Assembly: GCA_036172245.1 (NCBI GenBank)
Contig: JAYWIR010000037.1
Location: 310,001-374,000, forward strand
Direction of reading: 5' to 3'
Length of the DNA: 64,000 nucleotides
Origin: Raillietiella orientalis
Taxonomy: Eukaryota
The translations under genes and the position numbers were made by a program. The notes beneath the pieces were generated by a model. That model worked only from the letters and a program-made list of their open reading frames with translations. It did not search any database and was not told the origin of the DNA. Shown piece after piece: positions 27,120 to 37,610 of this stretch. Each line of letters begins with the position of its first letter. Positions within the stretch are counted from its first letter, which is position 1.

Positions 27120-28013
27120 AAAGTCATTCCTCCATAGTGGGATTGCAATCCCACTACGTCCTGGCGAGGTAGGAAGTGGCCTCCTGCATTGCAGCAAAAT
27201 AGAAACTTCCGGGTGTGTAGACAATATGGGACTTACGGACGCTGAGACCCCAATTGTCACCCACATGAATGATACGCTGGGGAGAGCTGCTCGGAATCCC
27301 TCTTGTGCATCTGGGGTGGCCGCCAGCGTCCTGGAACAATCGTACCCTCCCACTCAAGTGGCAGGAGTTGGCGCTTTTGGTCTTGCATTGGGGAATCCTA
27401 TGCAAAGCACGCCTTCATCATTGGGCCCAGGGGAATGTGGGTGCGGTGTGTGGCAGATGCAGGGAAAAAGAGATCCTCCCGCACCTGCTTCTAGGTTGCG
27501 CTGCTCTTTTGCCTCTTGTCTAGCGATGACCCTTAGAATCCTGGTGGAGTAGCCGCAGGGACGTGAGTGCCGCACTGCCACCACCCGCGTTCCTCGCAGC
27601 TCTCTGCTATCTTCACGGGGTAGTGGCAGCCTACAACGCAACAAGAAGAGGCCAGAACGGAAGGGACGCCATCCACTGGTCGAGAATCTTCTTGAGGACC
27701 GTCACGAGATGGCCTCACCTGGGAAATTTACGCAGTGAACTTGCCAGTATCCTGTAGAGGATGCAGAGGACGCCTAGCAGCGAGCTATGATCCCTTGTTC
27801 TACTCCAAGAAAAACTTTGTACTTTTTTTTTGTTTTTCTTTATTTTTCTTTTTGTTCAACCCCCTTTCCCCACGCTGATGAAACGGACCTCACCGATCTG
27901 CGTACCGGCTGCTCGGAACGGGTAATCTTGGACATGATGAGACCGAGGATCTTACCACAATGTGTACATTTATTATTTTCATAATAAATATCCTGACAAA
28001 TCCTGGTGAAAAA
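27120..28013 (+). mobile_element. 5'-truncated copy of the local L1/Tx1-like family
   Basis: TLPLKWQELALLVLHWG, CGAVCGRCREKEILPHLLLGC (CCHC), AIHWSRIFLRTVTRWPHL...ELASIL; T-rich UTR and family 3' terminus. Confidence 0.8.
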
Positions 28014-28299
28014 CGTCCTAGTAACAGACGCCGACTTCTTACGAACAGTTTGCTGACAGAGGTCTGCTCGGGGAAACTAAAGAGGGGGAAGGGGGTGGGC
28101 AATGAGTAAACAAAATCCAGAATAAAGAACAAGAAAAAATGCTTTTAAAAGTTTGGAGAAAAAGATTGGGAACACGCTGACCTACCTAACGTCCTCAGCA
28201 TCCTTTCCGGCATGCTGGCAAGTTCTTCCTTCAGTACTCCAGATGCATTATGTGTGACCATCTCACTGTGATCCTGGGGGATGATGATGGCGTCTTTGC

Positions 28300-28515
28300 T
28301 CACGCTTGGGCGAGCCTTATCGATGGCAGAGAGCGTCACTGCCATCAGAAAAATTAAAAAGCTTAAGGCACAAGAAGAGGATGGACTTTCGGCAGAATTT
28401 TTCAAAGTTTCTCCACGGAATCGTGCCCCTTGGTGCATGAGCTTGCGAAGCTGATCCGGAAGAGAGACGAGGTGACCGCCTCCTTCCAGTCAGCTCTTTT
28501 GGTTTTCATCGTTTG
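28300..28515 (+). mobile_element. Non-LTR RT N-terminal fragment
   Basis: ESVTAIRKIKKLKAQEEDGLSAEFFK matches the KAPGxDGLxAEFF motif. Confidence 0.62.
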
Positions 28516-29149
28516 GAAAGTATGCTTCAGTAGGCATTTCGAGATCCCCTGTCACTGAAATTCAAAGAAAGCACTCGTGTTGCTGATAAGAATCCCGAAA
28601 TAAAAGTGATTTGGGAAGGCACTTGCAAAATACTCACACACATATACACAAAATTTACAAGTGTTTTGCATCAACGTTTTGCAAAGGCATATGGAATCAA
28701 AAAGGAGCTATTAGAAGCCAAAAATATCCAAAAATCGAATTATCATATCAGTCTGAAGGGAAAGAAAGATGGGTTCCAAAAGGCAAAGACAAGGTGCTGT
28801 GATCGAAAAATCTCTTTGAAATGAAATGAGAGTTGCGTGCAGCTTACAGCGATACAATTGCTGGATCTTGAGGACATGGCCGCCCCAGAGCTTCCACTGA
28901 AGTGTGACACTAGCATGTCCCAAAGGGGACCATGAGCGATGTTCTGGACCATTGCATTCATGCTGTGCTCCGGAACCTTCTTCCACTTCCAGTGCCATTC
29001 GCGATCAAACTCCTTGGTGTACTCTTGTCTGACTGTGTGGTTAGCATGTATACCAGCTAGCGTAGCATCCACGTCAAGTGTGCGGGCTGCGGAAGAGTTC
29101 CCTGGGTAGAACTTCAAGGGCCCTCGGAGCACTGGCGTTCTTCAAATTT

Positions 29150-30576
29150 GTTTAGAGCGTTACTTGCTATCACTTCCACTCCAGCCAATGGAGCTTCCCT
29201 TTTTGCTTGGCTGCCGCTGATCCCTATGTAATCAGCGCCGCACAGAGAGACTGGTGAGAATGCTTCTCCGGATGCTATAGGGTGCCCATAGTTAGATGAT
29301 CTTTTACTCCTTGCTGGAGTAATGCTTTTTTCTCCGGGATGAGAGATAGGGGCTGCCTCCCTTTCGTATCGGATGCAAAACCCCTTTTCACCTGCTTCTT
29401 CAACAAGATCCTGGAAAATGGCAATGCTATGCTGTGTTCTCAGAATCCTGGTGGAAGGAATGAAGAGGGAAACACATTAAGAAGGTACAATGGTGATTTT
29501 TTCAAGCGAATGCCATAGAGCGACATACCAGTGAGTGGTCTCAGTCGAACGCAGCCGACAGGAAAGAATTCGTCTGCATGGGACGAGGCTTAGTACGTCT
29601 TGCTGAGATGAGGTAAGAACGTTCGACAGCCTCTGCAGGAGATGGCGACGAATCCCCGCAAGATGCTGTGGGCTTTGTTCACCCCCTTGTCCCAGTGCCG
29701 TCCTCCCTAATGGAAGGAAGGGACAGTGACCTTCTATCAAGGTGGAAGATGTCCTGCTGCGTTGTAGCAAAAAAGAAAATTCTGAGTGCGTGGATAACTC
29801 GGCGACTGACGGACGCTGCGGCGCCGAGTGTTTCACCCAAAGGATTTTTCCGCTGGGGCAAGCTGCTGGGGATTCCTCGAGAATCACTGATGTGACCTCC
29901 AGTGTGCAAGACAATCGCACCCTCCTTCTCAAGTGGCAGGAATCGGCGTTCCTACTGCTGCACTGAGGAATCCCATGTCGCCTCCACCAATGGAACCTGG
30001 GAAGCGTAAGGGTGGAGTGCGACTGGTGCAAGAAAAGGGAGACTTTCCCGTGTCTTTTCCTTAACTGCCTTCCGGCTCCCATGAGAACCTTTTGCAACTG
30101 CCCTCTGGATCCCCGGGTGCAATCCCAAAGCCGCTGTCAAGCGTGAAACACTGCCACGACCCGCGTGCGTAGCAACTGCATGCTGCGACGAAGGATAGTG
30201 ATGGCATGGAACGCCACTGGAAGAGGCCAACGCGGCGGAAGTGCCATCCATTGGTTGAAACTCTCTTTGAGGATCGCTGTTAGAGGGTCCCAGGTGAGAA
30301 ACGACAAATACGAACTTGTCTGCATCCTCCTGAGAATGAACGTCTCAGAACACACCAATGATCCCTTTTCGATCCTCCCCCCCCTTCAAAAAAAAAAATT
30401 GCATTTTTGTTTAATTTTGTTGGTTTTTTTCTCATTCCCATTCCCGTCCGCATCAAATACGGAGTGGCAAGTGGGGAAGAACTGTTTTTTTTTTTGTGGT
30501 AGTACCAAGTGCTCTACCAGAAATGTAAATTTATTATTTTTTTATAAATAATACCCTGGCAAATCCGGGTCAAAAA
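29150..30576 (+). mobile_element. Decayed, internally deleted copy of the same L1/Tx1-like family
   Basis: *LDDLLLL (YADD remnant) at about 29290, TLLLKWQESAFLLLH, AIHWLKLSLR...ELVCILLRM; family 3' terminus ending CAAAAA. Confidence 0.75.
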
Positions 30577-32164
30577 CAAAGGACTATATGGTGCGGCTGT
30601 CCAGACCTGCTTTGCCGTCGACCTCCGTGTTGCTGGATCTCCGCGAGCCAGCTTCCGACTCCCAGCTGTTCTCTGTTTTCCCGATCTTTCTCCGGATTTC
30701 CTGCCGAAAGCATAGCAGCAACTGTACTTCCCATAGAAAACCTCGGCAGCCTTCGGTAGGAACCCCTCTCCCCTTCCCCATTATATCAGATCCACAACTG
30801 TGAATCAATCAGGGTTCCCAAACTGCAAGCATCCCACAAACTGTGGAATCGTAGTTAGCGGTCAGGTCAGCGACCCGACCAAGTCCACTGGATTGCACAT
30901 TTAGAATACACGAGGTGCAAGGAAAGCATGTCCGTGCAGCAGCACCGGAAGAACCGAGGAGACCACCATGGTCCTGTGGAGTTGAACTCCACAGGGTCAT
31001 GTCGGCAACGTTAGAAGCACTCGCTTCGGGTGAAACGAACGTTGCCGATAGAAGCGGCAAGGAATAAACTGTTGTAAGGAAGAAAAGAATGGAGGAGAAT
31101 CCTCAACAATGAGTTTAATCTCTCAAGGTAAGCGCGGTAAATCAGGTCCTTCTTGCTCCCGAGGTATAAATCAAGGTACATCAGGAATCAAGGCTCAGAT
31201 AGAAAAACCCACACCAGGGCTCCTCTTGCTTCCCCGAGTGCCGCCGCTGCTATGTGATGCGGAAAGGCATCGGGACCACGAAAGAGGGCCCCGGTGGCAG
31301 CAGCCACCGCGACCATCGCTGAGGAAGTCGTCGGAATTGAGCGATTTACTGGACAGGTGAAACGCCAGTCGCGCGCACCAAAGTGGTTGCGGCCGAGGCG
31401 TGCAGACGCGAATCACCTGATGTGAGCGATGTCGAACTTTCCTTGGAGGCCGAGGAGATGGTTCTCGGGGATGAGTACGCGGATGCTTGCGGCACGATGG
31501 ATTTCGATTTCGGATTTCGCGCCTCCCAGCCTACCTTGTGGGCGACTGTCACCTCGCTGGAGGGGACGAGGAACACGCCGCCATCTTCCCAGCAGTGATG
31601 CGGAGAATCGCCTCTTCTCGCCGTGTATCTGTGGTATGTTGAAATGTCAGTGGACTGCAGGAAGACGAGGAGAGACCAATCATTTCCAAAAGGAATGATT
31701 GATTGGATCCTTACAGAATTTCTCAGTAGCTCTAGGTCTACTGGGAAATTTTGTATAGGGAACAGTGATCATTTCAAAAGTGATCGCTCATACCTAAGAG
31801 TCCAGATTAACTACTGATTCGTAGAAATGTATCGTTCAGATGAAAAAACTTCTTCGGCACCGAGCAGGCTATAGCAGATCCTGGAGCTCTTCACACTATT
31901 GCCACCGCGCAAGTCTGTGCAGCAGTCAACACGGTAGTTGTATCTCATCATAAACACGGACTGTGGATGGAAAAGCTCGATGGTTATCCGCGATGTTCCC
32001 ACTATTTCCAAATCTTTGGGATGAGTTCCGCACAACGCACAGTACTGTTTTGCAGCTAGTAGAACAGAACAATCTCAACTGGATTATGAGAAAACAACTC
32101 CACTCACAAAACTCAAGGGCCTTTGAACCCAGATTCATAAAACTCACTCCTTTGGCAAAAATAC

Positions 32165-32765
32165 TATTGAATAATTCACTAAACCTCGCGATAGTTAATC
32201 TCTTGATTGTGCCTAACTGTCACCAACTGCACTATACACACTTTAGCCAACAGTAGCTGCTCTACTTTCTAGTTCAGTTATAGTTGTAGTTCTTGATTGC
32301 TTCTTCCGGGTCCTTGTCTTTTAGAACAGCTCATTTTTCGAAGCAACTTGCTACCAATAGCATCAGATCCAATTGCAAGCTTTGGATCACCCATAAGTTG
32401 AAAAACTTGCTTCTTCCACTGCTTTTAGGTACTTTTCTTTTAACTTATCAGAGTGTGGTGGTTCTCGTACCCCATACGTTTGCCTCCTTTCTTTAGTTCT
32501 ATCACGGTACATTCTTTTTTCAGCATCTTCTGATTGTCTTTGGCAGTGCCGTACTTCTAGATTATGTTGTTTATCGGAGTCAGGAAGTCGCCGATGCCTC
32601 GTCAGCGCCTCTTTACTTGGAAACTGTCGCTTGCAAAGCAGACATGCCAGTTTATTCCAGTCGGTTGCTCGATCTTAGCCTCCTCCTCCTTCTTCGTCTT
32701 CGCTATCATTACCCCTCCATATGCAGCCACCAGTTCACTTTCTTCGATTTCCATCTTTTCCCAGT
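32165..32765 (-). pseudogene. RBM5: RBM5/RBM10-like C-terminal pseudogene fragment (C2H2 zinc finger and G-patch)
   Basis: Minus-strand translation across frameshifts and stops: LVAAYGG / NDSEDEE..*DRATDWNKLACLLCKRQFPSKEALTRH...NLE...YRDRTKERRQTYG..KLKEKYLKA / IGSDAIGSKLLRKM..RQGPGRSNQ / IKRLTIARFSE. No intron seen over about 600 nt. Confidence 0.9.
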
Positions 32766-32779
32766 ACATCTCGCGGTGG

Positions 32780-33545
32780 GATAAATTTATTTACAGACAA
32801 TCATGCACACAATAGACACACACAGAGACAAAACACTGAATCACTGTCGCGACACGCGTATGTACGACACTACACCGTCCCGACCACACAGTTCAGGATT
32901 CTGAGGCAGTGCAGGAGAGTCCAGGATGGAACTCTTCCGCACTCCCGGATGTTGATCTTCGCTTTCAGGAGTCCTGTAAGGATGTCTCGAGCATTGTACA
33001 TGTGTCTTTGGGTGAGTTTCGTTCTTCTGATAACGATGCTCCTCAGGAAGAAGGCGACGATCACCTGCACGGTGGGATTGTATAGGGGAACTCCGTCTTC
33101 GCCTTCGAAGAGTCCTCGCAGGATCTCAAGCGTCGACGTGTCCTCCATATCCACTGCCCGCCTGACACTCTGCAATCTCGGACCAGGGCTTGGTAGGTAT
33201 AGATGTGCAGGTCGTCTCCGATCGATCTGCATCCTGGGCACTGGTCGTCATCGGGGTTCCCGGTCCAGTCCTGGAGCTCATCCTGTCCGTACCGCACAGG
33301 ATGTCGCCGTGGTAGAATATCGGGAGGCCATCCTGGATGATTCGCGTCAATTAGATCTCCACAGGACCGTCCCGATCGCCTGTGGGTCGAGGGCAACGTT
33401 GCCCAGCCTGCTTCTCATCTTCCCCATGGCTCCGCACGGTGCGACGTCTTCCGGCATCCTCACGCTGTTTCCTGGAAGATTCACAGAGTTTTTCAGGCAG
33501 AACACGTGGTTCTGCCTGTCTGGGTGCACTTGCCCTTACCATCCC
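32780..33545 (-). mobile_element. 3' fragment of a second L1/Tx1-like family
   Basis: FYHGDIL...DQCPGCRS/ETT..HIYT zinc-knuckle remnant; C-terminal tail differs from the main family; short UTR ending in AATAAA (about 32786-32791 on the minus strand). Confidence 0.6.
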
Positions 33546-33554
33546 TTAGGCCGG

Positions 33555-34620
33555 TGAGGTCCTCTTCGCAGGCAAAAGAGGAGGGAAAACCAGAAAAAAA
33601 CAAAAACACGAGGAGGGGGCCATGTTTAAAGGGGAGGGGAGGGAGGACAAGGGATCACAGGTCGCCGCGAGGGGTCCTCTGCATTGGAGTCTGGATACGG
33701 ACAAGTGTCGGTCGAATAGATCTTAGCCGGGGCCATCGGGAAGCCTTCTCCATGGAGATGGCTGTCCAATGAATGGCATTCCGGCTGTTATGTTCCCTCC
33801 TCGACGCAGACCATTTTGCCAGAATTCCGATATGCAGCAGAGAACTGCAACACATGCGGCTGCTGGCAGGGCGTCCCGCATCAAGAGGCTACCAAAAATT
33901 GTCTTTTAGGTCGCCCACCGTAAGTTCAGAATCGACGATAGTCGACTCCACATGGAACGGAGGGCGACAAATTCGATGAGGAGGTGTGGGAAGGTTTCCC
34001 ATTCCCCGCACCCTGCACAATCGGCATCTACACTCTTTGAACAGTGTGTTAATGTTTAAAAAGAGCCACATGAGCCGCGAGGCACGCGACCGGCTCTGAG
34101 GTACTTAGCAAACCAAAAAAAAGAAAACTCTTAAAAAAAAAAAAAAAAGCTGAAAAAAAAACAGCGAAAAAAGAACCCAAGGATCTCTCCATCATCCTAG
34201 GCCAAGTAGCGATCTCCTCGTGGAGGTCGCTACTGGCCTTTTGGAAAAAAAAAAAAAAAAAAAAGAAGTCTGTGACCTTGGAGTGGATGCAGCATATCAT
34301 CACAATCGCTGCGCCTCTCGTGACTCCATCTCTAGTGAAGAATCGACGCAGCAAGTCCTTAGCAGCGTCCTCGGGATGCAGAGGTGCTGGAGGCAACTCC
34401 TCCAAAGTTCCTGGAGGACACCGTAGTCCAACCTCAAGTGCGGGAAGGATTCAATCGCCCCGCATCTTAAGCGGTTTGGAGATGCAACTTTCCTGGAGAC
34501 CAGGTTCTGTTGGTTGCACCGGAGACTCCAGTGCAGACATCCTATTTCCACGTCAAGGGGAATACGGAAGTGTTCACGCACTGGGATGGGACAGCGGGTA
34601 CTTCGGGGGACACATTTAAC
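33555..34620 (-). mobile_element. Decayed copy of the main L1/Tx1-like family
   Basis: ELWRSCLQHLCIPRTLL; CRLCRV...; NAIHWTAISMEKASRWPRL...MQRTPRGDL* followed by TCCCTT, as in the other copies. Confidence 0.68.
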
Positions 34621-34699
34621 AGCTCGAATTTAGAGGGAGCTGCTAAATGTGGCTCCTGTTATTGTTAGATATTGTCCAACCGTTTCACTTGACAGATTA

Positions 34700-35770
34700 C
34701 TCGGACGTTGCATCCAATAGATGTCTTGGTTGCGCCATTAGTGGGAGCACATTGTGATGAGTTTCATGCAGTCTGCATACGTGCGAGAGATCTCGAGCTG
34801 CCGCACAACCTCATCATTTCTGGGATCTCAAGATCTCGGGGTGCGTACCTCCAACGATCGGACCGCTTCCAGTGCTCCTTTGGATCAAAACAGAAGCCAC
34901 TTTCGTGATGTTTGCTATTTCCTTACCGTGTCTTATCGAGGCTCAGTTTCCGATTTCTAAGCAACACTATGACATCGAGGATGGAGGTTCGATTCTCCTC
35001 GTGAAGTGCCAAGTCTATGCGAAGTTTTGAGCCAGAGTTACTTGTTGAAGGCAATGGTTTCGCGTCTCCTGTCTTTGTTTGGCTCGACGGATGTTTGCGT
35101 CTCTCGGCGGCGAGATTGGCACGCACGCAAGAAGTAAAGAATTTGCCGTAGACTCGTCTCATCCACATGGTGAATCTTCTGCCCCTTCCCCTTGAGGACT
35201 CGGCTCCTACCGATAGCAAGCTGAGGCAAATTACAAACATGGAGTGGGTGCTTGGAGAATAGCGCATGTTTTCCGGTGAGCAAGAAGTAGTTTGGCGAAT
35301 GGTAGTGTCCCGTGCATGCAACATAATGGCTTCCCACCGGGGTATTTTCCAATGAAAGAGTATAAGGAGCATGGACAACTGGCGGCCGATTCCGTGGTAA
35401 ACGCGGACGCCAAGTTGCTAGCGAAACAGTGAGTCGAGCGGATGGGGCGGGTGGCAGAAAGCTTCATTAGCTCGGAGCAGTCGTATGCTGTTCCCGGGAG
35501 GAGCATGGAGGCCATCCTGCTCTGCGCTAGCACCTGGTTCGCGCTCCAACAGGGAAGGGATATAATGGGCAACCGGAATTCCGGAGCATTGTTCGGCCAG
35601 GCCCGGAAGATCGAGGGGGAGAGGGAGCCCTTGCGGTCGTAGTCGACCTACACAAGGCACTTGATTTCCACCCGGGTTTCTCTGGGGCATTTGTTCAAAA
35701 CAAACTTTAACACGTGCTGTGGTTGGACCAGTGCTCCAGCCATGCACGAAGAAACACAGAGCCCGCCGGG
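34700..35770 (-). mobile_element. NeSL/Utopia-like RLE-type non-LTR retrotransposon remnant
   Basis: SPNYFLLTGK; LRIDLALHEENRTSILDVIV..NR..LDKTR (PD-(D/E)xK-like); S*DPRNDEVVRQLEISRTYADCMK...QDIYW resembles the NeSL-clade C-terminus WDPxN..L..L.I...Y...M....DIY. Confidence 0.68.
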
Positions 35771-35779
35771 TCACTGGTT

Positions 35780-37610
35780 CGCAGACCGGTTCAGTCCACC
35801 ACGGCAGCAGGGGGAAGGGGGGACAAACAAAAAAAACTTAACAAAAAGAAAAGAAAACGCGAGAGGGTACAGGAAGGGATCATTGTTGCTGCTGGGGCCG
35901 TTGCATCCTTCGCAGGATGCCGGCAAGCTCTTTCTGTATTCCTGGATCCAGGTTAGGCCATCGCGACGCCCTCTTCAAAAATTCGTCGGCGTGCTGAATG
36001 GCACCCTTATCGCGAGGTCCTCCAGTAGCCGTGCTCCATGCGGCGACGATCCCGCGAAGGCAGCACAGGGCTGCTAACGAGGCAGCAGGTCGAAGGGCGT
36101 CGGCAACGAAAAGGGATTTTAAAGCGTCCCTGGGGTTGCTGCAGAGGATTCCGATGGCCGCGGCAAAGCGTAGCCAAAGGGACCGAAAGGCAACACAATC
36201 CACAAGCAGGTGAGAGAAGACTCCCGTTCCCCACACCTAACACAATTTGGGTTCACCGCTCCCCAGGTCCAATGGAGTCGGCGGGTGTTGCAGGGAAGTC
36301 CCCAATGCTACAACAGTAGCGCCGACTCCTGCATTTTAAGTGGAGGGTGGAGGTGTTCGTGAGCACCGGGGGCCACTTCAGATGTTCAATCGGAACATCG
36401 AGCAGCGCGTCCCAGCGCAGAAGACCATTAGAAGGCGTACTCGGGGTCGCAGCGTCTGTTAGCTGGTCCGTCTTCCACTCTCCTATCTTTTTCTCCTTTC
36501 CGGAGATTTTTATCCTAACCTCCCACTTCGCCGCAACATCGTTGTCCTGATCTTCCCCTAGAGAGGCCAGCGCAGCAGCGAGGGGGGTTCTTCCTGACCA
36601 CCCTCGCTTCTTCGGATCCTCCAGGATCTCTCGGAGAGTGCAACTTCTGTAGCACCCAAACAGGAACCGTCGGTTCTGTTGGGCGCGTTGCATGCCGCAC
36701 TGTGCCCACGTGCGAACGGTTTTCTGCAACCAGGCACTACCATTCGCGGGGCGACAGGTGATCCATCCGTGGTTTTTCCGAACCAAGGCAGCCACCCTCC
36801 GAAGCTGGAGCCCACATCGGTTGATGCGGGAGTGATGGAGTGAAAGAAAGGACGTGAGTCCGTCTTCCCGGTGGCTTTCTTGACGAGGAGACGTGCAGGG
36901 ACGCACCAGCAGGTGCACCACAACTCCGGCACAACGTCCAACATCCGGAACTGGAGCTGAAGCTTTAGCCGCTCCAACGTCTGGATGCCGAGACCGCCAT
37001 CCCGACGCGGAGCGCACAAGTCCTTTAAGCGGACTCGGGCCCTCCCGTTGCCCCAAAGGGCGATACGGAGGAGGTCCTTCGTCCGCTTTTCAATCCTCTC
37101 TGTGGGGGGGCAAACAAAAAGCAGGGAACGGAGGAGAGGAGCCGCGAACGTGTTCCGAACCGCTGCCCGTTCAGGCAGGAAAAACCTGCCGCCTCGGAAC
37201 GGGCCGATCGCCGTCTCTACTTTTTGGAGGCAGCCGGACCACGCTTCCGCAGGGGAGTAGTCCCTTAACGTCACACCAAGGTACTTGAAGTACCTTACCG
37301 TGGGGATCCCCAAACGGACCCAGTCCTGCTGCCCTGCCCACTCCGCACCAACTGGCATCACGGACGACTTCGCCCTGTTCACCGTCAGTCTGGTTCCCCT
37401 ACTCAGCAGTTCGAAGAACTCCTCGACCGCCGAAGCCGGGGTGGACATAGGGAGCAGCAGCAGAAGGTCGTCCGCGTACGCTGAAACCGCAGGCGTACCG
37501 GAACAGTCGTGCGGCAGGTGCGCCAGAGTTTCCCTGTACGCTCTCAGTACCAACTCAAAGTAGGTACTGAAGAGCAAGGGACTCAGGCTGTCTCCCTGCC
37601 GAATTCCACG
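35780..37610 (-). mobile_element. 5'-truncated L1/Tx1-like retrotransposon, best-preserved copy (RT domains 4-7 to C-terminus)
   Basis: RGIRQGDSLSPLLF, SAYADDLLLLL, FKYLGV, LWGNGRARVRLKDLCAPRRDGGLG, SHLLVDC, RWPNL..ELAGILRRMQR*; frameshifts in the 3' half. Confidence 0.93.

Noticed and set aside
28743..29132. 129-aa minus-strand ORF within the TE block
   Set aside because: No recognisable domain; cannot be assigned without a search.
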